A program made the translations under genes and the position numbers. Of a stretch of 64,000 bases of DNA, positions 1-12,032 are shown piece by piece. Under the pieces are notes generated by a model, which searched no databases, was not told where the DNA came from, and was given only the letters and a program-made list of their open reading frames with translations. This stretch comes from Hypanus sabinus (lineage: Eukaryota): assembly GCF_030144855.1 (NCBI RefSeq), contig NC_082730.1:15562001-15626000 (forward strand), in the 5' to 3' direction. The number at the start of each line of letters is the position of its first letter. Position 1 is the stretch's first letter.

Positions 1-299
1 TTTGGCAAATTACCTTTGGTACCAAGATAATAGGGTAGCAGGGCCTCAAGTCGGCCTAAGGGTGTGGTCGACCCTTCCCTTGCGATTCGCCCTAGGTCCA
101 GCTGACCCGGCTGGTAGCACCTGGTAAGGGTCCCTTGCTCAGGGTTACGAGCGATGGCCAGTGACGGACCCAGCAGGAGACTGGTGGGGAAGGCAGAAGA
201 GCTAGGACCTTGGAAGACAACGGTTGCTTTGCAAGCAGATGATCTACCAAGAAGAAAGGTGGTGATCTCTTTAAACTCATCCAGCAGAAGGCAAAGGCA

Positions 300-3200
300 A
301 ACCACCGCTGTGTCCTGCCAAGCACGATTTCCTAATATGTCAGTCTCAACAAGTGTTGGGACAGAGCGGCATGGAGGGAAATCATCCGCCAACTGGAAAT
401 TCCAGATGCGTCCTAACGACGACCAGGATGTTAGTGCTCATCTTAAAGCAGAAGGGAACCTCAGACAGAGGCAGGATAAAGTTTTAAAACATGTCTGTCA
501 AATCCCCACAGGATCTGAGAACATGGCCAGGTCCACCAGCCAGTCTAGATACTTTCCGCGGGTTGAGTCTCCACACTGAATTGACATCTGTAACAGCGAC
601 TGTGGGATCAGGAGCACAGGAGGCTGTCAGAGGAAGTGATGACATTCCAAACCCTTTCTGTTCAAAACATGCTTAGAGTGCATAAACTTCATTGGGAAGG
701 GATGCGTGTGGTCACACATACTGCTTTGTTTTGCAGCCGATTATAGCATTTAATCACGATCCAATTAGAATGGGCATCGACGACTATCAGTGGCATCGGA
801 CCTGCACAGTCTACGTGTAAACGTCTCCAGGTTTGGTGGGTCAGTGCCATGGAACCGTTGATACGTTTAAAGGTGGAGACTGCTGGCATGGGCCGCATGC
901 ACGAATAATGTGCTTTATATTATCATCGATATTTTGGCTACCAAACGTAATTCCGGGCTAGCGCTTTGATAAGTGATATTCCTTGATGCGAGGATTGTAA
1001 CTCTCCCGAGACAGGATACCGCAATCATGTCGGAATGACAATACGACTTCTTCCAACAGAAGATAACCGTTGTAGATGCTCATCTCGTTTTGACGTTTGG
1101 CACCGGGTGGCACAGTTTAGGGCACATTCGTTTGCCATTTATCTTCTACGTAGCCTTTTACTTGTACCACTGTTACATCTCGCTCAGTCTCTTCTTTTAC
1201 CTGAGATCGCCGATGCGTTCCCCAGTCCATCAGTAGCACCAATTCACCTGGGAGTTCTAACTCGCGAGAATATTCACGTAACAGAAGACAACTTAAAACA
1301 GCAGTGCAATCAATGGCTTATACAGGGAATTTAAGCTATCGTGTACTGATGAGCGGACTATGCGGAACGGCCTTGCACTCTACAAGCAATCCCACCAATG
1401 GCTTGTGATCCGTACGAATTTCGAAACGTTCGCTGTACAAGGAATGGTGAAGACGCATGACCCGAAAAACAACTGCCAATGTTTCCTTGACCAACAGTGC
1501 ATAAATTCGTTCGACTGGGTTAAGGGTACCTGACGCGGAAGCGGCAGCATTTTCATCTTAGTCCGTTATCTTTCTGGGTTAACACCGCAACAACATAAGG
1601 GGAGACAAAACATTGGCGCCCCGCAGCTGAAGTGTATTAATGCATGCGATTGAGTCAGCATGTGTTTCTTTTTCTGGAAAGCAAATTCTTCTGCCCGTTC
1701 CCAACGCCACATCGCACCTTCCTTCAGGAGAGCGTTATGCGCAGCCAACGCGTGGCTGTGTGAGGCAAAAATCTGGCATGATTCAATGTGCTCAAAAAGG
1801 TGCGAAGTTCACGGTGCTTTAAGAACGGGGCGAAGCTTTTCTTTGATGGGATGCAGGTCTGGGCGAAAACCCGGATGTGCCAGCATGGTGCGTTTCTCGC
1901 GCTTCTCTGGTAGACCAAGCTGCATCACTCGGGAGACGGTGTTATCAAGATTATTCAGGTGCGCTTCAAAGGTCGACCGGTAAGCAGAATGTCATCTAAG
2001 TAAGTTATTGCAGTGGACAGGCCTTTAATGTTGGATTGGGTGATACACTGGAGACGAATTTATTCCGAACGGAAGCCTCGAATACTGTTACGAGCCTTTG
2101 TGCGTTGCAATAGAAGTGAGGCTCTGAGAATGTTCTTCTAGCTCAAGCTGTTGGTATGCATGTACGAGGTCAAGTTTAGTGAAGATATTTCCGTCTCCTA
2201 GTGTTGCACAGATGTATTTTATCTTTGGGATCGGGTACGTCTCAGTCGTTGACCTTGTAATCTCGACATATTCTTACGCTCCCATCACTCTCAACTACTG
2301 GCACATCAGGGGTTGCAATTGTGAAAATCTCTCAGGATCAATGATCCCGTTTACTTGCAATCGCGTCTGCTGCGCTTCGGTTTGGGGGCTAAAGCGGCAA
2401 TGCGCCTTGAAGAAAGTTGGTTTGGCTGCACCTGCTTCTGGAAGACATACCCTTGAGTTTACCTTCATCAGGATAGCTGAGAAATATTTTTCCGCTTGAA
2501 TAAGTTCCTGACCGACTTGCCGGTTTTCATGGGATACAGACTTAGGACAGGCACTTGCTGTATATCCAGTCGCATGCGAGTAAATTCACTCCTTCTCCCT
2601 CACTAGTAGATTGATGTTCACGCTCAAGAAGAACACTGTCACAACTAAGCAGCTGTAACTGCTCCCCAGTGTAAGGCTTCAGTGTAATGCGGTGGCGTGT
2701 GTCTTCGAAGTCAGAGCCAAACACGTCTACCCATGCCTTTTCAGTGCACATAGTATCAGCACACCCAGTGTCGAGCTCAAAGGAAACGGGTCCGCCGTTA
2801 CTCTTTAAAACCATCTGTGTAGGGAGAACTGGACCTCGAACATCCGAGTACATTACGTACGCTTCCTGCTCGGTGACTAGTAACCGCGTACTGTGCTGCT
2901 GTGGGAGGTTCTGGTTTAGACGGAGGCGGAGATCGGCAAACTCAGGTCAAGTGCCCTTGCTTTTGGCCGGTAGGACAGACGGAATCTCGGTGCCGACAGT
3001 CAGTAACACCTGGAGTATCATTCGTTTTTCTTCTTCGCTGCTACACTTTATTAATGTCAGTATAATCTGCGGCAGCTGTCGGTGATGTGCTTCGAACTGG
3101 TGCAACAAAGCTGTATTATCTGGCGCTTCCATTGCCATTTCCAATGCCAAGGGGAATGTGCGTTAAGCGAGAGCTCGGATTCAGCCAATAGCCGATGTTG

Positions 3201-3300
3201 AATGCGAACATCACGCACGCCGACAAACAAGTATCTTACCTTCTGTAACAGCTCCAAAATCACAAAATTAAATCAGCAACAAGCGTTGCTACTGGTTCAT
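300..3300 (-). mobile_element. Degenerate Ty3/Gypsy LTR retrotransposon (gag-PR-RT-RNaseH-IN order)
   Basis: Fragmented minus ORFs: gag-like 2947-3263, aspartic protease 'FELDTGCADT' (2542-2853), RT/RNaseH-like 'WRWERAEEFAFQKKKHMLTQSHALIHF' (1566-1748), integrase 'WRRLHVDCAGPMPLIVVDAHSNW' (689-898). Many stops and frameshifts. Confidence 0.85.
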
Positions 3301-3559
3301 CTTCTAATTGAATACCAGTGTTGAATCTAAACCGGTGCACCATAACTGATGGTTTAGGATTGCAATAAGACCCAATTAATCCTCATCAGATTTCGAGGAG
3401 GGCGGAAGTTGACTCATCCAAAGTTGGGCCCTCTTCTTCCCCTGGTTAAATTTCATCCTCACCTATCTTCCTGACCCTAAGAATACCAAGGCCGACGCTC
3501 ACTCCCCATCGTGGACCGATCTGAGGACATTGCCGATCCAGAGCCCATTCTTCCTCGCT

Positions 3560-4850
3560 CGTGAGGTGATCCGTTAAATAGAGGCGGAGGTGACAGTCGG
3601 ACCCAGGCCCAGGTAGGGGACCTCCCAACTGGCTGTATGCCCCAGCGGCGGTGTGCTTTAAAGTGATTGGAATGGGGTCACCCCTTTCGGCTGGCTGGTC
3701 ATCTGGGAGTTCAACAATTTGGTGGCCAACAATCCCAGGATATCCACGACTTCGTATCTGCCTGTGCCGGCAGCGTCCTGTGGGACTGCTATGTCCGCCG
3801 CCAGAGCCCACCTGGGTCCCTGGTCCACCTCTCGGTGGATTTCAGCTGCCCCCATCTAATGGAAACACCACCATTCCGGTCATTGTAGGTCGATTTTCCA
3901 AGGCAGCCCACTTCATTGCTCTCCTTAAGCTGCCGTTGGTTGGTGAGGCTGCCAACCTCATGATTCAACATGTATTCAGGCCCCACAGCTTCCCTCGAGA
4001 CAGTGTCTGATCGTGGACCACGGTTCACCTCCCTCTTCTGGAAGGGTTTCTGTCCTCCAGTAGGAACCACTGTCAGCCTCTCATCCGGTTTCCACCCCCA
4101 ATCGAATAGCCGGACTGAGAGCGTGAATCAGGAGTCGGAGACGAGCCTGCACTGCCCTGCCTCTTCCAACCCCAAGTCCCGGAGCTCCCAAATTGTTTGG
4201 GCAGAGATCGCCCACAATAACCTCCAGTCGCCGTCCACGGCTATGTCCCCACTCTTCCCTGACCAGGAGATTGTTGTAGGAGTTCCTGATGCTGAATGCT
4301 GATTCCAAGCGCACTTTGAGACCAGCCAAAGCTTCTCGGCTGCGCTCCCAGAAACAACAGGTCCGGCTCCGCCGACATATGAGGACTTTCATGCCAGGAG
4401 AGGAGATCTGCTTGGCATCAGGGAATCTTCCCGAGAAAGTTGAGAGCCACAAATCGATCGTGCGGTACATGGGACCATTTGTAGTGGAAAAGGCTGCAAA
4501 AGGGTCTCGGACAGATGTCGTCTACCATCATTACGAAAGGTCGGCCCAATGTCCCATGTTTCCAAGCTCCTCCTTTCCGCTTGGTAGATCGTTCATTGGT
4601 CAATACTGTGCGGCGCCTCCTGTCGTCTCACCGGAAACGGGGTGAGGTTCAGTACCTTGAGGATTGTGAAGGGTACGGGCCTGGAGAACGTTCTTAGCTC
4701 CCGGTACAGGACTTCTTGGACAAGTCTCCCATTCGAGTCTTCCAGCGGGCGGAGGTTTGTAGCGACTCAGCAGCTGCGCCAAGGGATGGATCCCAGTCAC
4801 AACCACGGACTCTGCTGCAGGGAAAAAACTGCCTGCTTGCAATCAACTGA
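3560..4850 (+). mobile_element. Gypsy chromovirus-type integrase + chromodomain fragment
   Basis: 'VIVGRFSKAAHFIAL', 'SDRGPRFTSLFWKGFC..SLSSGFHPQSNSRTESVNQE' and chromodomain-like 'QYLEDCEGYGPGERS', split across frames. Confidence 0.85.
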
Positions 4851-6615
4851 GCTACAAACCTGCGGTATTCATTGTATATTTAAATATTCCTTTCAGCCGC
4901 GGTGTTTACCGTTTGAAAGTTTGGGTAACTGACCTGCTTGACTTCGCGTTTCTTGTTTTCTTTTTCATTAAAATCTTGTTCGCGTTAAAGCCTGTAATCT
5001 ATCGACCCGCTTCAGTGTCCCTCTCCCTCTCCGCACTTTGGCCATATCCGAACGCTGGGACACCACAGCCATTGTCAATAATCTTCCGAGGTTGTCTGAA
5101 TGGCGTCAGTATTCGCATAGACAGGACGTGAAGTGCACCATCTCTCATCCGACCATCCGCCATCTGCTCCCATGGCTTCACGTGACCTTGATGGGGGGCT
5201 GGGGGGTGAAGCAAGTGCTACACCTTACCCAATGGTGACCTGCACAGGTTAGTGGAGGGTAAGAGTGTCTTACTCCTCCATTTCGTAGCGAGGTGTCTCC
5301 ACCCCACCACCAGTGTACAAATGGATAAGTAAATGCAAGGATATTGAGGGATGTGGAGGGTGAAAGGGTCCTTGGTGAGTGTGATTGAGCGTGACGGAAG
5401 ACGAAGATAAGGTGAGTAGAAAGGCAGCCAAAATAGCTTCCCTTATTTGCAGAGGCCGAAGAAGTAGAGGCAGTGTGGTTACGCCCATGGCTTGAACACT
5501 GGTCATTTGAAATCACCACATTACCGGAAGAGAAGAATGTATTGGGGAGACTGCAGAAGAGATCGTTGAGGGGCTGAATGCTTCAGTCGTACCACTGACT
5601 GGATTGGCTGGGCTTGCTTTGTCTGGAACTGAGGAGACAGAGAGGAGACTTAATTGAGGTGTGAAAAATTATAAAGGGCATTCAAAATGATAAATAGGAG
5701 GAAGTTTAATCACTTAGATGAGTGTTAAAATAGGGGTCTTGAGTTAAAAATAACTGTCATTTGGATTAGTGGGGAGATGTCTGTAACCTCCCCCTTGATC
5801 TTGCTGGCATGGGAGACCTGACCACGAGCTAAGCCCTGGACAGCAGCACTGTCAGGATTTAAGGAGCTCACAACTCTCTCCACCATAATAAGGTGACGAC
5901 CCACGGAGAAGTGAGGGAGTGGAAGTGTTCCGGAACACATTTCCTGAATGGTTGGAAGACGCAGGAACTTTCAGCACAATGGACAGAGCCTGGAAGGTGT
6001 ATTTGAAGAGCCGTCACCTGCCGGGCAAAGGACCCAGTATTAGAGGAAAGACCAGAACAGAGAGAGCTTTTTCAACCAGTACCCAATGGAGGGCTGAACA
6101 GCCTCCTATGTTGTACATTCTATGATTTTGCTACAGGAAAACAGAAGTGGAACTTGATACTCTATTTTTTTATTGACGGGAAATTATGGTGACATATGCC
6201 AGTGTCCTTTTTTGCTAAGTTATAAAACCAGAATGTGTGTGGAAACAAGAACCTAGTGGTATTTTAGGGTTTACTATTTTCTGAATATATAGTACTTTCA
6301 CACACCCTCAAATTTCGTGTGTATATAAATCTGCTATTTTCTCAGAATACCCCAATTTTTAAAGTACAGTGAAATCTAGACCAAACAATTAAGCAGAATA
6401 TATTACTTCTCCAACATGTGTAAATCTATGGCAACTGTTACCCATTATTCACTTTGTTGCACTAAATCGCATGGCATACCACTTTGACAAGCATCTGAAC
6501 ATCTAACTAGATGGACAGCAATATCGTGGATTTATAAGCCCAAGAAATTCTGCAGATCCTGGAAATACAGAACAACACATACAAAATGCTGGAGGAATTT
6601 GGCTGGTTAGGCAGC

Positions 6616-7172
6616 TATCATGGTCCAGTCTGTGAAGTCTGCATTCTGGTTCACGGTCTGGTCCAGGCTCCTTATTCCGGGTTTTCTGGTTTTCCCTTGT
6701 TCTGTTGGGTGCTCTAATTGAGGCACCTGATTCACATTTTAGGCTGGCTACATAAATAGCTCCTGGGTTCAATTTCATTTGCTGGACTGTTCCCTTCCCC
6801 TTCCTTCTGAAGCCTTGCCTGTATCGCTGTCAAGCCCTTCCCCTTCCCCTTCCCCTTCCCCTTCCACTGGAGCCTTGCTGTTTCTAGATAAGGAACTGTC
6901 TATCATTGTTTGGATCTGTCTCTGTGTCCACACCTTTGCTAGGTCGCTCTGGCCATTCGCTGTACCTTGTGTTGGGAACTGTCTCTCTGTGTTCAATGTA
7001 TGAGTCCTGGCCCCATGTCCTACTTGCTAGGAGAGGTCCTGACTCTGTGTAGTGCCCCAGCTCCAAGTCCTGTTCCTAAGGACAGGTCATGGCTCCATGT
7101 TCCTGTCTCTCTCAAGACCAAGGCTCTGTGTTCCTGTCTCTCTCAAGACCAAGGCTCAGTTCCTGTAGGAAC
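6616..7172. mobile_element. Possible solo-LTR-like insertion with internal short repeats
   Basis: Internal (CCCTTC)n array near 6835-6865 and a duplicated CTCTCTCAAGACCAAGGCTC near 7108-7158. No counterpart upstream of the homologous site in unit 2. Ends not firmly defined. Confidence 0.35.
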
Positions 7173-7289
7173 GTTCTGACCACGTCCTTCACTGATATGA
7201 ACATTACACAGATGACAGCAGTGACTGATGCAACAGAGTCAGCACTCATACTGTACAATGTATAGAATTTAAGCAGATATACATTCATT

Positions 7290-7868
7290 AGATTATTAGA
7301 TTGGATTATGAGGACACTCAGTCCTCATTTATTGTAATTTAGTAATGCATGCATAATAATGCAATGTTCCTCCAGTACAATGTCACAAAAACACAAGACA
7401 GACCAAGACTAACTGACAAAAACCACATAATTATAACATATAGTTACAACAGTGCAAAGCAATACCGTAATTTGATAAGAGCAGATCATAGGCATGGTAA
7501 AAACAGTCTCAAATTCCCCGACAGCCCATCATTTCACGCAAACGGTAGACGGAAGAAAAACTCTTCCTGCCAGGAACCTCCAGCACTGCAAAACTTCCCG
7601 ATGCAGCATCTGGAAGCATCCGAACACAGCCAACTCTGAGTCCATCCAAAAACTTCGAGCCTCCTACCAGCCCTCCGACACCAAGCACCGAGCACCATCT
7701 CTGCCGAGCGCTTCGGCCCCGGCCGCCAAGCAACAGGCAAAGCCGAGGGTTCGGGGCCTTCCTCTCCGGAGATTTTTCGATCGCACTGTAGCAGCGGCAG
7801 CAAAACAGGTTTGTCGGAAGTTTCACCAGATGTTCCTCCGTGCTTCTCATGTCCAGATATTCATTCAT
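7290..7868 (-). mobile_element. Non-LTR retroelement 3' fragment, unit-1-specific insertion
   Basis: Absent at the homologous site of unit 2 (ACATTCAT|AGCTAATATAC near 36548). TAGAT-type repeat at the left end. Same family as 60026-60712. Confidence 0.7.
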
Positions 7869-8493
7869 GGCTAATATACTGCACTGTTTTCCTCTAAAAC
7901 AAAAGTAATAAATCAAAACAATATCACTACTCACAAGCAGCCAAGCAGAAAAATCTCCCTTTAATTCCACTATTTGCCTCTTGCCAATCAGCCAATGCTC
8001 TATCTCTGCTAGAATCTTTCCTCTAATACTTCATAGCTTGTTAGCAGCCTTGTTAAAGGCCTTCTGAAAATCCAAACACACAAAATCAACTGTTTCTCCT
8101 TTGTCTGTCCTGCTTGCTTTTTCTTCAAAGAATTTCAGCATATTTGTCAGGCAAGATTCTCCCTTAAGGAAACAATGCTAACTTTGGCCTATTTGATCAT
8201 GTGCCTCCAAGTACCCTGAGACCTCATCCTTAATAATCGACTCCAATATATTCCTAACGATTGTCACCGGACTAACTGGCCAATAGATTCCTTTCTTCTG
8301 CCTCTCTGCCTTCTTGAAGAGTGCAGTACAATTTGCAATTTTCCGGTCATCCAGAACCATTCCAGAATCGAGTGATTCTTGAAAGATCATTACTAATGCC
8401 TCTGCAATCTCCTCCACCATCTCTTTCAGTAATCTGTAGAATACACAGTCTGGTTCAGATGAGTTATCTACCCTCAGACCTTTCAGTTTCCCA

Positions 8494-9442
8494 TGTCATG
8501 TACCCCGTGATCGGGTTACCAAATCAGCAGAAATGGAATAATACACTGGAGTCTGGTATTACCGTAACTAAAAGTGTTTATTAGTAAACTAAGTAATAGA
8601 GTACTATAAAATGCAAATATATATATAAAACAGGTTAGGAATGATATATACAGATGTGTGGAAATAGGAATCAAAACTAAGCTCTACCAAAGTCTAGGGG
8701 TAAATGAATAGTCTTATGATGATGCAGAGTTCAGTTCAGTTCAGTTTAGTTTGAGTCAAGGTAGTTGCTGTTGTACCATTGGAGAGAGACAGAGAGCAAG
8801 AAGTGAGCAGTTGCAGGCAAATCTTCTGTTGTCTTCTTGTGGTCACCGACTGTGACCCCTCCGTACCAGACCAGACCATTCTTCAGTAGTGAGCCTGTCA
8901 CCCAGGTGAGGGTGAACACACACACAAACCCCCACCAGTCTGCCTTCACACACTGTGAGCCCCTGATCGATTCCCCCGAATCGATCCTCCAAACCCCCAT
9001 CTTGGAGTGGGTGCACAATGCTCTTCCAGTGTCCCGTGGTGTGTCTGCTTGTGTCTCAGCAGACTTGCCTTTTATCTCGCCTGACGGGGTACCATCCATT
9101 CATCAGCTGTCCATCACTTGGTACCACCTGGTACCACATTGCTGTCTCAGCCCGAATCCACACGAGCAGGCAAAGAAAAGTCTCCTTGGAGTAAAATAAA
9201 CAATTATCGAAGANNNNNNNNNNNNNNNNNNNNNNNNNNNNNNNNNNNNNNNNNNNNNNNNNNNNNNNNNNNNNNNNNNNNNNNNNNNNNNNNNNNNNNN
9301 NNNNNNNNNNNNNNNNNNNNNNNNNNNNNNNNNNNNNNNNNNNNNNNNNNNNNCTTCTTCTCTCTCTCTTGTTAGCAGTATAACTCACAGGGGGGTCAAC
9401 TCTGGACCCCCTCTCAGTCTGGTTTGCTCATCACACATCACA
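8494..9442. mobile_element. Solo LTR with TG...CA ends and 4-bp TSD (CCCA)
   Basis: TTT-CCCA|TGTCATG...CATCACA|CCCA-AAAACC. The empty site in unit 2 (about 37130-37145) reads CAGTTTTCCAAAAACC. Contains the 140-N gap. Confidence 0.8.
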
Positions 9443-10139
9443 CCCAAAAACCTTCTCTCTGATAAGGGTAAATTCACACCTTTCATGACCACTGACACCT
9501 GGAACTTCCACTTTACAGCTACTGCTTTCCATAGTGAAGACTGAAGCAAAACACTTTTTCAATTCCTCAGCCATTTCTTTGATCCCCATTGTTACCTCTC
9601 CAGCATCATTTTCCAGTAGTCCAATATCATCTCTCACCTCTCCTTTACAAGCCTGAAGAAATGTTTGGTATCCTTTTTAATATTATTGGCAAGCTTACTT
9701 TTTTATTCCATCTTTTACCTTCTTAATAAATTTTAGTTGCCTTATGCTTGTTTTTAAAAACTACCCAATCCGCTAACATCCCATTAGATTTTGTTCTATT
9801 ATATTCCCACTCTTTCACATTTATGTTGGCTTTGATTTCTCTTGTTTGCCATGGTTGTGTCATCTTTCCTCTGGCAGATATCTTCCTCTTTGAGATGTAT
9901 ATATCCTGTGCCTTCCGAATTGCTTCCTGAAAATCCAGCCATTGTTGCTCTGCCATCATCCCTGCCAGTGTTCTTTGCCAAACAATTCTGGCCAATCACC
10001 TCACATGCCATTGTAACCCACAGATGCACAAATAAATAACTGCAGAAAATGTACCTTTCAACCATAATCCCACAGGAGCATTTTAACATGAGAACAATAA
10101 GCAGTGCTAGTCATTAGAAATGCAGGGGTGATTTGTCAA

Positions 10140-10720
10140 TGACACCCACACACCCCTGCCCTGGAACATCACACTGACCCCACCTGAGGACTCAGCCATC
10201 CTTGGCAATGCCAGGGTTAGTATCAGAGTTCAAAGTCCCAGTGGGGGTCAACACTGCCGCCTGGGGTGCTCAGGGTTTCTGGAGCTCCAGTTTGCATGAG
10301 GAGGAAGGCAGGTCACCTGGATGTCACTTTCTTCTTTCATCCTCACTGGGTTTGTGGCCAATTGGTGGGACAGTGCCAGCCAGTCCCAGTGTAGCACAAC
10401 TGCATTCTGCTGCTCTGCCAACCACACCCAATACTCAGAGATGGTTGAGCACCTCTTCCAGTGCCTTTCAATGGTTTCCCGGCCTGGGGGATAGTTCTTT
10501 CTACCGGGATGGGCAGTAGATCCATACTGGGGCTCTACACAATGTATTGCTGCATCGACCCCCTAGAATAGTGGTCTACACCTTCTGAGACATACTAGTG
10601 TAGCAGGAGAGCATCAACAGATTGACATCCTCCCTGTACCCAGTCCAGCAGAAGCATTCACACAGCTTGCCCAACATCTTTGCAACCTCAAAATGCCCTC
10701 AATTGCCCATGCACGGAGCC
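10140..10720 (-). mobile_element. Gypsy integrase fragment
   Basis: Homologous to 37830-38420, where the frame reads 'GASHFEVAKMLSKLCECFYWTGYRQDVDLLVLSC' (integrase Zn-binding region). Confidence 0.65.
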
Positions 10721-11432
10721 CCATCAGCTGAAATTCCCTCTCCAGGAATCCAGCACCAACCTGATTTTCCCAATCTATCTGTATATTGAAGTCCCCCATG
10801 ATTGTTGTAACATTGCCCTTTTGGCATGCATTTTCTATCTGCTGTAGTAACTTGCAGACCATGTCCTTACTACTGTTTGGGGTTCTGTATACAGCTCCCA
10901 TCAGGGTCTTTTTACCTTTGCAGCTCCTTAGATCTATCCACAATTGATTCAAGATTGTCCGAAAATATGTCACTTTTTTCTAATGATTTGATTTCATTTT
11001 TTTACCAACAGAGCCACCCACCCCACTGCCTTCCTGCCTTTCCCTTCAATACAATGTCTATCCTTATACATTAAGCTCCCAGCTATAATCTTCTTTCAGC
11101 CATGATTTAGTGATGCCTATAACATCACACCTGCCAATAAGCAACTGTGCTGCAAGCTCATCTACCTTATTCCATATACCCCACACATTCAAATATAACA
11201 TCTTCAGTTCTGTATTCACTCTTTTCGATTTTGTCCGCCCTGATGAGTCTTTGGGAATCCTTTAAATGTTTCTGTCTTGCTAAATATGGTTAAAAGCTTG
11301 CAGATAGTCACTTCATACACTCCATTTGTGGTTTTTGATTGAACTTTCTGCTGTCTTCTTCCTCATTTTTATTTCACAATTATTTCTCTCTGAGGACAGA
11401 CAGGTCCTGGCTGGGTCTCTGTGAATAAAACG

Positions 11433-11469
11433 ATGTGGACTTCGATTCTTCTGATTGGTTTCCTACCTG
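11433..11469 (+). pseudogene. Unit 1 leader exon (MWTSILLIGFLP), donor mutated GT>GA
   Basis: CCTG|GAGAGT versus CCTG|GTGAGT in unit 2 (39246/39247). Confidence 0.85.
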
Positions 11470-12032
11470 GAGAGTTTCAGACAGCACTGGACATTTGCAT
11501 AATCGGTGTTGGTTTGGGGGTCATTCACCATTTCCACAACACGGCTTGAATAGCTGTAGACACGAAACATGTCAGAAAATGGAGCTCAGATTTCAGTCTT
11601 TGAGGAACTAAATGGATCAAGCAGCATGTGTCAGGGGGAGGGGAAATGGCAACTGTTTGGGTTTAGACTCTGCATCAAGTGTGAGCAGAGAGGGAGATAG
11701 TGTAAATAGGTGAGGGGAAGTGAGGTTGGATCCACTAGGTGATCGTGGATTGAGGAGGGGTGAAGCACAACAAGCAAATAGAAAGGGGAAGGAAAACGGT
11801 GGAGTTTGGACGTGGGTGAAAGGTACAAGGAGAAAAGGGGAATAGTGTGGAACCAGGTAGGGGGAGAATATGTCCAGCTGGAGAAATCCCCTGGAGGCGG
11901 TAATGCGAGAACATTAGGTCTACCATTGCTGGAATTTGATCTCACTTTGCAGGGATCACTATGACAATCGACGTTATTGTCTTGAAATCAGAGTCTTTCC
12001 TGGGTCATTTCAGTGGGGTAGTTAGTAAAGAA

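Larger units (their letters stand above)
7990..11220 (-). mobile_element. Fragmented CR1-like LINE (EN/RT), interrupted by a solo LTR and a Gypsy integrase piece
   Basis: 'ALVMIFQESLDSGMV..NCTALFKK..YWPVSPVTIVRNILESIIKD', 'KEMAEELKKCFASVFT', EN-like 'TIMGDFNIQIDW'. Shared with unit 2 (36680-38950). Confidence 0.85.

Noticed and set aside
7494-7970. Overlapping ORFs on both strands (also 60178-60722)
   Set aside because: They lie within a GC-rich repeat present twice in the window, which is a TE UTR-like sequence.
9056-9388. ORFs spanning N gaps (also 22201-22570)
   Set aside because: They are artefacts of X-translated gaps.
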